From Candidatus Heimdallarchaeota archaeon (GTDB lineage: Archaea > Asgardarchaeota > Heimdallarchaeia > JABLTI01): a stretch of DNA of 64,000 nt. The position numbers and the translations under genes are program-made. Under the pieces are notes generated by a model, which had not been told where the DNA came from, ran no database searches, and was given only the letters and a program-made list of their open reading frames with translations. Positions 28,909-38,687 of the stretch are shown here, in pieces; position 1 is the first letter of the stretch, and the number at the start of each line of letters is the position of its first letter. Location: NCBI GenBank assembly GCA_019056785.1, contig DXJV01000073.1, positions 39,957 through 103,956 of the forward strand. The letters run 5' to 3'.

Positions 28909-29736
28909 ATGGCAAAACCAGGTCAGCTTATTGGTGGACTTATCATCGCAATTTCAATAGCATTACAAGTGATAACCATCGTTGAGATTACTCACTATTA
29001 TTGGCTTTTGTTTATTTGGACCGCAGGCTTGATAGCAGGTATAAGTTATGTGTCAGGCGGTTTAGCCATTGAGCGAGACAAACTTGAATATTTCACGATC
29101 TCAGGGATTAGTATAGGGGCAATTTTTGCAATTACTGCCTATTTCTCCTTTTTTCAAGGCGAAGCCATCTTTAACGCCTTAACCGACACCTTTCAAAGAA
29201 CCCAGGAAGAAGTTTGGTTCATGGTCTATTGGACGTATGGAGCAATAGCCTTTTCCACCTTTGCAGCGATATTGATGTTTATTGCTCCTTTGTTTATCGT
29301 CGCCGGCTCTGGCAAGCAATTAAAGGGTGTAAAACCCGGCGCAATTATTGGTGGCATCCTTATTAGTGGGTCATTAGCATTACAGATCATTACTGTCATT
29401 CATTTTGCAAAATATTACTGGTTGTTAGTATTCTGGTTTATAGGGCTAATAGGGGCAATTTCTTTGGCAATAGGCGCCAGAGCCAAATGGGGGTATAAAA
29501 GCACCGAATCGGTAGTAATGGCTGGTATTTTCATTGGAATTTTGGTTGCCCTCGTTATTTGGTGGACCGTTTCACCACACATGAAAGCTGCCATCGATGC
29601 GAAAACAGTTGGAGTAACCCACCCCTTAGGAGCTTTACGAGCAATCCTCCCAACTATAATCTCATTTATCTCGAGTGTCGTTGCATTCTTTGGTGTGCTT
29701 TTCTGTGCGGCATCAAGTAAAAGAGGGTTCTATTAG
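28909..29736 (+). CDS. Polytopic membrane protein with internal duplication
   Basis: KPGQLIGGLII..ALQVIT..YYWLLFIW is repeated as KPGAIIGGILI..ALQIIT..YYWLLVFW. Confidence 0.75.
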   Translation: MAKPGQLIGGLIIAISIALQVITIVEITHYYWLLFIWTAGLIAGISYVSGGLAIERDKLEYFTISGISIGAIFAITAYFSFFQGEAIFNALTDTFQRTQEEVWFMVYWTYGAIAFSTFAAILMFIAPLFIVAGSGKQLKGVKPGAIIGGILISGSLALQIITVIHFAKYYWLLVFWFIGLIGAISLAIGARAKWGYKSTESVVMAGIFIGILVALVIWWTVSPHMKAAIDAKTVGVTHPLGALRAILPTIISFISSVVAFFGVLFCAASSKRGFY

Positions 29737-29869
29737 CTAAAGCTCCCTTTTTTCCTCCATCTGCCCTCTTTTTTCTTCTCTAATGACTTTCTTTATTAAA
29801 ACCACCAGACAAAATGATTAAAAAGCCACAGAAACTATCTGACATAAAAAGCACCCTTGAGGTTCATCT

Positions 29870-30391
29870 TTGACAAAAAAAAGCACCACCACCTTCCAAT
29901 TTGATTATGCTTGTCTTGGCGGAACATTTGATAGGATTCATGGGGGGCACAAGCTTTTATTACAAACGGCTTTAAAACTAGCAAAAAGAGTTCTAATTGG
30001 TGTGACGACAGACGAGTTGGCTCGACGCGGGAAAAAGCTGCCAGAATTAATTTACCCCTATGAAAAACGTGTGCAAGATGTTATTGATTTTCTTCAGAGT
30101 ATAGGAGTGACTGAAGACCGGTATGACATCCGTCCACTTTCTCGGGCAACCCAATATGCTGATGAATACCCTGAAATCAAGGCCATTGTTATTAGCCCAG
30201 AAACATACGGAAGGGTGCTAGATATAAACGATATTCGACGGGAAAAAGGACTTGAAGAGCTTATTGCAATTGCGATACCATATTATCGCGACGAAAACGG
30301 AAGAATAGTCAGCTCACAAACATTCCGTGAACTCGAATTGCGGTTGCAAGAACAGATAAAAAGCAAAGATGATGATGCAACCCTTCCTTGA
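29870..30391 (+). CDS. coaD: Phosphopantetheine adenylyltransferase (archaeal/eukaryotic type)
   Basis: GGTFDRIHGGHK, GVTTDE, VISPET, IN..R...GL, VSS. Confidence 0.9.
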   Translation: MTKKSTTTFQFDYACLGGTFDRIHGGHKLLLQTALKLAKRVLIGVTTDELARRGKKLPELIYPYEKRVQDVIDFLQSIGVTEDRYDIRPLSRATQYADEYPEIKAIVISPETYGRVLDINDIRREKGLEELIAIAIPYYRDENGRIVSSQTFRELELRLQEQIKSKDDDATLP

Positions 30392-30400
30392 AATCAGCCC

Positions 30401-33184
30401 TTAAAAGAAATCATCCAAAGAGCGGATGCCAATGATTTTATCAAAGGAAACACCAATGGGGTCTAAGATTTGAGTGAGAGTGGATTCCATTTGTGCAAGA
30501 TATTTATCAGTATCTATTTCGGCGGTAGAAGCTAATTCCACAGGGAGAACAGATTCATTACCAATGGTTTTAACGAATGAGATCAAATCTCCGGCGCCCA
30601 ATTTTTTGTTCAAGCGCTTCTCGAGAAGTCTCGCGGCCTTAACATGTTGTGGGGTGGTTTTTACATATTGATCTAGCCCTTTATTTAATTGCACCCGAAT
30701 TGCAAAAGCTTCAACAGGTAATTCGCGATTCTTTAGTTTCGTATAGACCTCTTTTACAACATTTTCAATATTGCTTCTTGCAGGAGCAATGTCTTCTTCT
30801 GTTTCCACTTCACTCAAGATTTCAACGATTTGATTGAAAAGCTCTTTTAGGAACGGTGGTGTATTGCGTTTTTTCCCGAGGAGCCCTTTAACATCTACTT
30901 TCCCATCCATAAATACGCCGAGGTAATTTTTCTTCCGCTCAGAGAGTGCCAGATATCGATAGGTTTTATCAATATCCAAATCGATCTGAAGTTTCTTTTC
31001 GCTCCAATTAATAAGCGTATTAATTTGCTCCTTTGTTGGATTTTTCAAGAAGACAGAGTCCGTATCGCCATAAATGACTTGAACACCCATTTCATTGCAC
31101 TTTTCAATTGTTCGTGTAATAGCCTGGCGCCCGATGGCAGTGGTTGCTTCTGCCAGAGGGGGGCAGTAGAAAGGGAAATGAGCAGCACCAAAAACACCAT
31201 AAGAAGCATTAATTACGACTTTAAGTGCTGATTGAATGACATTGTAGAAGTCGCGGGTGTTTTTATCTAGCATCTTATCTTTCGCTTTGGGTTTGAACCA
31301 TAAGACCCGGATATCGCGGATAAAACCAACAAGAATAGACATTAAGCCGTGATTTTTCACACAGACCCAGTGGGGCGTGTCTGGAACAGGACGTTTCCCT
31401 TTACAACTCGGATGAGCACAATTCATCGTTTCATAAGAAAGATTCCAGACTTTAATAATGCTCGGATACAAACTCGCAAAGTCTAAGACTGTCACCTTGA
31501 AGTGAACACCCGGAATGGGTTTTACAACAATGGCGCCTTTGTATTTCTTCCCTTTTATCATGGCGTCTGTTGTGGAATCCCCTTTTGATTTAATAATTTC
31601 TTCTGGACGAGGAATAAGGTAGTGGCGTCTTCGATGCTCAAAAAAGAGCCAGTTGCGGATCCAGCTTGAAACCGCTTGACGGGTGATGTCTTCAAAGGTC
31701 ATTCCTGTTAAACGCATAAGAAGTATGATCAGACGTATTGTTACTGAATCATTAAATGTTGTTAACTCGAGGGTTATTTTGCTGTCCCAAAAGTTATACT
31801 CAACAAGAGTGTAGCAATCCAGAAAACCAATTTCATCTCCCAATTCGATCTTGTTTTCGTGGAGGAGGGCTGAACTTACAGCGTCCAATGAACTTTCGCT
31901 ATATTTAGCACCAAATGCATAAATCCTGATGGCTGCTTGATTGAAGAATCGGTAGGCATCAAAATGGAGGGAATTGCGGATGCGACAGGTATCACGTATT
32001 ACAATGATGGGATTTTCTTGACGGGGAATTTTCAATCTATTAGCACGGTTATATAAATAGGGCAGGTCATAATTGTCCCCATTAAAGGTAATAATCATCG
32101 GATAGCTTTGCATAAGCCTAAACGTTTCACGCAAAAGTTCAGCTTCGTTTTCAAAGAAAACAACTTCTACATCTTTATCCATGGAATCCGAACGCGTCCC
32201 CAGAGGAACATCTTTTCTTTTCAGAACCAAGACTTTTTTTAAGCCATCATTTCCGGCAAACGAAACTGCAATAACCCGTTCTTCTGCTTTTGTCGGGTCA
32301 GAAATATGGGTCATGCTTTTCGTGTAAACTTCGATGTCCATTGCCGCACGTTTAATATGTGGAATGCGGGTGAGTAATAATGGCAAATAAACACTAATCA
32401 ATTCCTGAACGTCTGTAGGCGCGTCTTTAAAAAGAGCAGAAACTTCTTCATGAACTTTCGCGTCAATTGTAGGGAAAGCTTTGATCAAATTACCATTCTT
32501 TATTTGATAATACATGCCAGGGTATAGCTCTCTATCATAGAGGTAGTTTTGGTGGTAGCGTATGTTTGCTTCCCAGGCTGCAGGCAACTTGTCGCGTAAA
32601 CTATCTAAACCACCTGCAATCGCAAGGGGGTCAGTAACCGTTACCTTGGTCATCTCAACCTCTTTGTCTAATAGCAAATTCCATAAATGGATGGGATGAT
32701 AGCCGGTAATCTTTGAGAATTTTTTCACGGGGGTAATGCCTTTGAGCTGTTCCTCAGTCAGATCGGTTAAAAGGTAAGGTTCATGGCCTGTATTATCATA
32801 CCACCCGTAAAGCCGGTTTGCTTTTTCGTCTAGCAAATATAGAAAGGCTTTCCCACTTTTACCGTCATACACAGATTGAAGTAAAACACAGGGTGGCGTA
32901 TTTTTTGGGCAATGTTCGACGGGTGCCCCTTCGAAAATTAATTCGCTTTCTTGCCCATTTTTTGATGCTTGTTTCTCTGTAAAATGATTCTCTTCCTCAA
33001 TAAAAGTATCTTCGGAGGGGGAATCTTTCTTTGAAGAACTTATCGTTTGATTGGTAGCCTCTGATTGTTTTGGTTCCTTCTTTGAAACTTTCCTTTTTTC
33101 ATCTTTTTGTACTTGCGAGGGTTTTGGTGCTTCTTCTTTTTTTGAGGGGAAGAAACTATCTAATGATGGTTGTTTTTTACTCAT
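30401..33184 (-). CDS. polB1: Family B DNA polymerase, PolB1 type
   Basis: DIEV (ExoI), FNGDNYD, DFASLYPS, NASYGVFG, YGDTDS, KKNY. N-terminal YDNTGHEPY and WEANIRY are typical of PolB1. No intein. Confidence 0.93.
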   Translation of the reverse strand: MSKKQPSLDSFFPSKKEEAPKPSQVQKDEKRKVSKKEPKQSEATNQTISSSKKDSPSEDTFIEEENHFTEKQASKNGQESELIFEGAPVEHCPKNTPPCVLLQSVYDGKSGKAFLYLLDEKANRLYGWYDNTGHEPYLLTDLTEEQLKGITPVKKFSKITGYHPIHLWNLLLDKEVEMTKVTVTDPLAIAGGLDSLRDKLPAAWEANIRYHQNYLYDRELYPGMYYQIKNGNLIKAFPTIDAKVHEEVSALFKDAPTDVQELISVYLPLLLTRIPHIKRAAMDIEVYTKSMTHISDPTKAEERVIAVSFAGNDGLKKVLVLKRKDVPLGTRSDSMDKDVEVVFFENEAELLRETFRLMQSYPMIITFNGDNYDLPYLYNRANRLKIPRQENPIIVIRDTCRIRNSLHFDAYRFFNQAAIRIYAFGAKYSESSLDAVSSALLHENKIELGDEIGFLDCYTLVEYNFWDSKITLELTTFNDSVTIRLIILLMRLTGMTFEDITRQAVSSWIRNWLFFEHRRRHYLIPRPEEIIKSKGDSTTDAMIKGKKYKGAIVVKPIPGVHFKVTVLDFASLYPSIIKVWNLSYETMNCAHPSCKGKRPVPDTPHWVCVKNHGLMSILVGFIRDIRVLWFKPKAKDKMLDKNTRDFYNVIQSALKVVINASYGVFGAAHFPFYCPPLAEATTAIGRQAITRTIEKCNEMGVQVIYGDTDSVFLKNPTKEQINTLINWSEKKLQIDLDIDKTYRYLALSERKKNYLGVFMDGKVDVKGLLGKKRNTPPFLKELFNQIVEILSEVETEEDIAPARSNIENVVKEVYTKLKNRELPVEAFAIRVQLNKGLDQYVKTTPQHVKAARLLEKRLNKKLGAGDLISFVKTIGNESVLPVELASTAEIDTDKYLAQMESTLTQILDPIGVSFDKIIGIRSLDDFF

Positions 33185-33396
33185 GAAAGACACCCTTCAA
33201 AGAGATCTCAAAGGAGGGAAGCTGATTCGAGCTTGGCAATCAGTTAATAAGATTTCATTATACCTTTTAAGCTTTTCAATCCTTATTAATACTATTGACT
33301 TCTTCCTTTAACTAACCCATTCAATGGGAGTTCAAGAAAGGCTAGCACTAGAGTTGTTTAAAACTGATCTTTGTCCTACAAACGATGTATGTTTCA

Positions 33397-34675
33397 TCAT
33401 TGCTCCTTATGCAACACAAAAGAAACGGGGTGGCGATAGCTGGCTAAGGCTAAAACGTAATTGTCAATCTTTTTAGTGGCAAGATAAACAGTCTTCCCTT
33501 TAAAACGGCAAAAACGTTCATTATTCTCTCCGGTCTGAATTTCGAGCTCTTGCATGGTCCGGGTAAAAAGAACTATTCGGAGAGCACGTTTTAAGGCGTG
33601 TTTTTTAGCTATGGCAAGAAATTGTTCCTTCTCATCGAGTGAGTTCAATAATTGGCGTTCTTCTGTTCGAAGGAAGGTTTGTAAAAAGGCCGGTTTGCGA
33701 GAAAGTTTATTTTAAAGTAGACGCAGGCTAACAACTTCCAACCAAGACCTTTTAGGGAGGACATATTGTGTTCGAATGACATGTGAGCGAATTTTTTCCA
33801 AGGCACTGAGAGTGTTTCCCATCTTAATTTCAACAATTTGATAACCCGTTGCATGAAGAATCACTCCGCCTTTTTTTGTGAGCACAGTAAAGTTAAATGT
33901 CCCCTCTTTATTTTTCTCCCTTAAAAAATATAGTGGGGTTTACTAGGGGTGCGGTAAAACGTCAAATGAGTTATTTTACTTGGAAGCCCTGCCTTCCCCG
34001 TGGCCACAAAATCCAGCAAGCCTATTGCTTGGAAACAGGCTTCAATAGCGAGGGGATTTACTACTAACTTTTTATACTTCCAGCCAAATAATTGGCGTTT
34101 CGAGAAGTCACCAATGGCAACAACAGTGTGATCATCCAGTTGGTTGATCTCGGCAAGAACTTGCAATAAGGGACCGTGTGGTAAGATTTGATAAATCATC
34201 TGCCGTGGTAAGAAAGGCTTGTTCTGTATTGGTGGAAGTGCTTGGTGTTTACTTGTCCGTTCAGCAAATTCGAGCTCTGTTTGAAAGCACAGCCGTTCGC
34301 CAGTTTGTTTAGCTGGTTGCCCTTTTAATTCGGGAGCAATTTGAGTTGTGCTAAACCAGACTTCGAATCAAATTGTAATGAAGCAATAACCTTCCAAGGA
34401 CGATCATCCTTAAATTTAATACTGGAAAGAAAAGCCACATTATGAAAAGCGGCAAGTTTATTAGAGGGAAGTGCGAGTTTCGCCAATTCGGCAAACAACT
34501 CGAGACCAATGACCCCCGGAAGAAAAGAGACATCACCAAAACGATGGTGAGCAAGATAAGGGTCGCTTGAGAGGGAGAAGGAGCGTTCACAAACAAGGAG
34601 GCCTGGTTTTTATTGGGCAACTACACCGAGAAGGGGAAATTCTTTTGGGGAAGGAGTAAGAGCAGAAGACATCAT
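33397..34675 (-). pseudogene. Disrupted gene: PKS-type double-hotdog dehydratase fused to AcpS/PPTase-like domain
   Basis: Stitched frames give PYLAHHRFGDVSFLPGVIGLE ... PHGPLLQV ... NPLAIEACFQ ... FLQTFLRTEERQ ... AKKHALKRAL ... ELEI. In-frame TAA at 34610-34612 and 33712-33714; frameshifts near 34350 and 33925. Confidence 0.8.
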
Positions 34676-34803
34676 CTCTCTAGTAAAGAAAACATCTGGC
34701 AATTAAGTCTTGTGCTGAACCTGTGGGTTAAAAGAGAAACTCTCAAATGTAAAACATACTAGAAGAAAAGATTAAAAAAGGAAAAGACGAAAAAAACCAC
34801 CGA

Positions 34804-34914
34804 GCCCCGATAGTGTAGTACGGCCTATCATCTTCGGCTGTCACCCGATGGACACGGGTTCAAAGGGTAAGAAAGAAGAATCTTTTTTACCGGAAACTCC
34901 CGTTCGGGGCGCCA
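34804..34914 (+). tRNA. tRNA-Asp(GTC) with 33-nt intron at non-canonical 59/60 position (34865-34897), encoded CCA
   Basis: GCCCCGA/TCGGGGC acceptor stem, anticodon GTC at 34840-34842, T-stem ACGGG/CCCGT interrupted by an 11-bp hairpin. Splicing restores TTCAAAT. Confidence 0.92.
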
Positions 34915-35082
34915 TTTCTTATTTCATACCTGTCGTTTGCTTTGTTTTCTTTGGGCTTTTCCCTCTTTTTTCTTTCAGTAAACCATTATGAAACCTAACT
35001 TGAACCTTTAGAACCAAAATAGTACGATTGTCAAAGATTGTTTTTGAAGGACATTACTAATACTATTTCATGTGATTAAAAT

Positions 35083-35514
35083 ATGAGAAAAGCAGTTCTT
35101 ATACCCACTTTAGTAGCAGGCATACTGGTCCTTCTGGCAGGGTCCTCAATTGGAATTTGGTATGCCTTAGCTCCGAGCGATGACAGCGAACTCTCAGTTG
35201 TTAGTCTTTCGACTGACGCCGATTCTGACACAGTAAGTGTCGTTTTAACTTGCGAAGGAAACGAGTCTGGACACATGCATAGATTCCAACATCGATTCGC
35301 CTACATGCACAAATTACAGTTCCGCAATTCTACTTCCAACGAAACTATGTTCGAGCAACAATACCAATGGCAATGGCGCCATAGAATCCAAAACGGGAAA
35401 AACCATACCTTTCAGTTCCAAATTGAAGGGCTCGAGAAAGGGCAGATGCTTCAATTGCGAATTGAATACAATAACGGCAAGGTTTTAACCTATAATTTCA
35501 CTGTAAATCATTAA
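35083..35514 (+). CDS. Hypothetical secreted or membrane-anchored protein
   Basis: N-terminal hydrophobic helix, beta-rich His/Gln-rich domain. Confidence 0.65.
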   Translation: MRKAVLIPTLVAGILVLLAGSSIGIWYALAPSDDSELSVVSLSTDADSDTVSVVLTCEGNESGHMHRFQHRFAYMHKLQFRNSTSNETMFEQQYQWQWRHRIQNGKNHTFQFQIEGLEKGQMLQLRIEYNNGKVLTYNFTVNH

Positions 35515-35639
35515 TCGTTCCTATAGAAAGTCCAACTTCAAAATACTTGAAAAAGTATTTTTATCTTTTTTTTCATTTTTTGTGAATTTTACTCTAACCA
35601 GACCCTTTTTGCTTAGTCTGTTACAGCTTGATTTAATGA

Positions 35640-36365
35640 TTACATTCGCAGTTTCCGTTTCAAGTTTGCACCTTTTAAAAGCCGGAAATGGAGGTATAAT
35701 AAAAAGCCTCCAATTACTACCGTAAGGGCTAAAACATAGAGAGACCAATTTACAGTGAATCGATCATAAATATAACTGCTAACAATGAAATCTATTCCTA
35801 AGCAAATAATTCCTGCACCTAGAACAATGAGAGCAGCAATATTGAGCCCCTTATTTTTAAGGAACAATGAGCCTATGCCAATTGCCAATCCAACAGTAAT
35901 TATAACACAGAGTATTGGCAAGCCAAGACGCAAGTACCAATCGATTTTCCTATTATCCGCCAGATCAATTACCAATAAATAGATGAAAAAGGGAATCGTT
36001 TCGCCAGGCACGATAACAGCAACCTTTTTGGGGAAAAGAAGGGGGCAAGTGATTACTATCCACGCCAAGACAAGAGAGGCTATCGGATAGAGGGACCAAG
36101 TAATTGTTTTACTTATTATCAAGTCCAGGAAGAGGACAATCAGCAATGTTGTAAGAAGCGTTACGCTTAGAATTTCCCAAATTAAGAATCGTTTTTGTTT
36201 AGTTGTTCTCATTCTTTTCGGTGGTTTGACTTCTTCCGGATAAATTTTTTGCGCAGTTGGTGGTTCTTGTGTCTCCTCTTCTTGATCAAGGGGTTGTTGG
36301 CACAGGGGACAATGAGTCAATCCCTTCTCAATTTCTACACCACAGCGATTGCAAATAGGCGTCGT
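35640..36365 (-). CDS. Zinc-ribbon plus multi-TM protein (DUF6320-like), no canonical start codon before the ribbon
   Basis: Open frame TTPICNRCGVEIEKGLTHCPLC extends upstream of the called TTG at 36320; about 6 TM helices with WSLY motifs. Confidence 0.7.
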   Translation of the reverse strand, partial: TTPICNRCGVEIEKGLTHCPLCQQPLDQEEETQEPPTAQKIYPEEVKPPKRMRTTKQKRFLIWEILSVTLLTTLLIVLFLDLIISKTITWSLYPIASLVLAWIVITCPLLFPKKVAVIVPGETIPFFIYLLVIDLADNRKIDWYLRLGLPILCVIITVGLAIGIGSLFLKNKGLNIAALIVLGAGIICLGIDFIVSSYIYDRFTVNWSLYVLALTVVIGGFLLYLHFRLLKGANLKRKLRM

Positions 36366-36377
36366 TGTTCTTTCCTC

Positions 36378-37712
36378 CTAATTTGATGTTATTTTTACTT
36401 CTATTCCTTCTTTCACTAAACGAGTAAAAAACAATTTCTCTACTACCGATTCTTTAATGGTCCGTCCAAAAGTAATGAAGAGTGTATCTTTATAACTTGC
36501 AACGGCACAACCCGTTTTCGTCACAGGGCTCGGTGCCGGGATAAAATCAACTTCTTGGACAAAGTCACTTACCGGCTCTGGTAAAACTATCCGCCCCAGA
36601 TTGGTTATGACTCCTGAATAGAGATATTCTCCCAATCGATTATAAATGACCTTTCCAAACAATCGCTTAAGGATTAAGGGGGTCATTCGAAGGAGTGGAT
36701 TAAGCTCTCCTCTCACGTTTCTCGCAACCCATTGATTAATGAATTTATCACAAATCTCTACGCGCATATAATGATAAACTTGGTTAACAATTTCTTCGAA
36801 AGAATGCTTGCCTAACCGCGGGTCGATTTCTGGTGTAACATAGAGGGAAAAGTTTCGCATTGTCTTAGAGGGATATATTCGTCGAAGATTGACCGGTACT
36901 TGAAGCCGTATTGGCCGAAGGTGCTTTTGGCGCAGTTTTTTAGGGAGGGCAAAAACGATTTCCTGTAAAGAATCCAAATAAATAGCTATAAGGTATTCAG
37001 TAAGTGTAAGGTTAAGGGCTTTTGCTTTTGTTAAGACTTTTTTCACAGGCATTTTTCCTTGAATAACATGGTAGATTCCTTTTGGTTCGAGTTTATAGGG
37101 CAGGTGGAAAGCTTTCGATGGGCTTTTTGCTGAAGGAATGGCTTTCTGATAATTACGCTTAAAAGCATCTTCATACTCTTCAGGATCAACTTTTTCTGTT
37201 GCTTTAAATACATCCAGCCAATCCCTTGGTTCGTAACCTTTAAGGCGGAAATATTCTACCACCAATGCTTTAAGGAATGTTAGCCCTCCGGTGCCATCTG
37301 TAATGCTATGATGAAATTCTACTGCAATGCGATTTTTATATGCTCGAACACGAAAGGGGAATACACCTTTCTTTGTAATCGGCAATTTCTGGCAGGGGTA
37401 TTGTTGTTCCACTTCTACTTTTGGCGTTGCAAGATTTTGTTCCCAATAAAACCAAAATAATCCTGGTCGGAGATTGACATTGTAATACGGAAAACGCTTT
37501 ATAATATTTTCAAGTGCTTGTTGTAATTGTTGGATATTTATTGCTTCGTTAAGAGTAAATGCAAGCCGAAACATACAAGGAATGCGCGCGGATGTCACCA
37601 GTGAAAAAACAGTCGCAGCATTATCTAATCGAAACCAATCTAGTGTTTCTTTATCGCTTTGCTGTCGCGCGCTTTTTCTTTTCTGAGGAGTATCATTAGA
37701 TCGTCTGTACAT
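36378..37712 (-). CDS. CoA-dependent acyltransferase (alcohol acetyltransferase/condensation-domain fold)
   Basis: WFRLDNAA, HHSITDG (HxxxD), PVNLRRIYPS.T.RNF, TNLG. Confidence 0.88.
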   Translation of the reverse strand: MYRRSNDTPQKRKSARQQSDKETLDWFRLDNAATVFSLVTSARIPCMFRLAFTLNEAINIQQLQQALENIIKRFPYYNVNLRPGLFWFYWEQNLATPKVEVEQQYPCQKLPITKKGVFPFRVRAYKNRIAVEFHHSITDGTGGLTFLKALVVEYFRLKGYEPRDWLDVFKATEKVDPEEYEDAFKRNYQKAIPSAKSPSKAFHLPYKLEPKGIYHVIQGKMPVKKVLTKAKALNLTLTEYLIAIYLDSLQEIVFALPKKLRQKHLRPIRLQVPVNLRRIYPSKTMRNFSLYVTPEIDPRLGKHSFEEIVNQVYHYMRVEICDKFINQWVARNVRGELNPLLRMTPLILKRLFGKVIYNRLGEYLYSGVITNLGRIVLPEPVSDFVQEVDFIPAPSPVTKTGCAVASYKDTLFITFGRTIKESVVEKLFFTRLVKEGIEVKITSN

Positions 37713-37816
37713 TAGTTTTAACCTTGAACCAAATAAATTGTAGTTATTCTTTTAGCTTGTTTTTAATATATCTATTATTTATTATTACATTCAATTTTTG
37801 AGTATTTTAAATGAAA

Positions 37817-38662
37817 TTATAAAATGTTCTTTTTCATTGCAGTTATTACAGACAAGAGTGCCGTATAGGAATCAAGTCGCCGTTCTAAAGGTAATGCAAC
37901 TAAAGTTTTCTTCTGTATCTTCTGGAAGCTGACATTGGGTTCATAGAGAACATCATAAAGCACCAGCCCTTCCGGAGGAGCTGGTTTTATCCCTCCAGGT
38001 AAAAGAGGGATTTCGGGGTCTAATAATTCGTCAATAATGTTCATTGAAAGGTCTTCGGCACCAATTTGTAATACTAATGAAACCATTTTTCGCACCTGAT
38101 ACCATAGAAAACTTCGTGAAGCAAATTCGAATTCCAAAACAGCATTTTTTTTGTGATGGGTAACTTTGGCGGTTTCCAACGTCAACACAGTAGACTTTTG
38201 ATAGCCACTCGGCAGAGGATCTGGTTTTTTACAGAGCTTCTTAAAATCATGGGTGCCTTTTAGGCGCTTTAATGCTTCAGTAAGCAGACCAATGTTTTCG
38301 TTTTTATAACGGCAAAAATACCGATAAATGCGCAGAATGGCATCTCTTCGTGCATTGAATATGGAGGGGACTTGAGAAATCCCCCAAGCAAAGATATCAT
38401 CTGGGAGGTTGGCATTAAGTTCTTCAAGGCAAAACTTGTCACGAACGGCATCAAAAGCGATCACTTGACCAAGAGCATTTACCCCTTGATCCGTTCGACC
38501 AGCAGCAGAATATCGCGCCGAACGTATGTTGTCGATTATTTTTTGTTGTAATAAAGTTTCGAGAATTGTTCCTTCCACGGTCTGGATGCCTTCTTTTTGC
38601 CTTTGGAAACCGTGGTAATTTTGCCCAAGATAAGCGATTTTTATTGCAAACCTTTTTTTCAT
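37817..38662 (-). CDS. truA: tRNA pseudouridine(38-40) synthase
   Basis: IAYLG.NYHGFQRQ, AGRTDQGVNA, GTHDF, FLWYQVR, APPEGL. Start MKKRF at 38662. Confidence 0.95.
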   Translation of the reverse strand: MKKRFAIKIAYLGQNYHGFQRQKEGIQTVEGTILETLLQQKIIDNIRSARYSAAGRTDQGVNALGQVIAFDAVRDKFCLEELNANLPDDIFAWGISQVPSIFNARRDAILRIYRYFCRYKNENIGLLTEALKRLKGTHDFKKLCKKPDPLPSGYQKSTVLTLETAKVTHHKKNAVLEFEFASRSFLWYQVRKMVSLVLQIGAEDLSMNIIDELLDPEIPLLPGGIKPAPPEGLVLYDVLYEPNVSFQKIQKKTLVALPLERRLDSYTALLSVITAMKKNIL

Positions 38663-38687
38663 GCCTTCCTTTTTACTCTCATAAACT

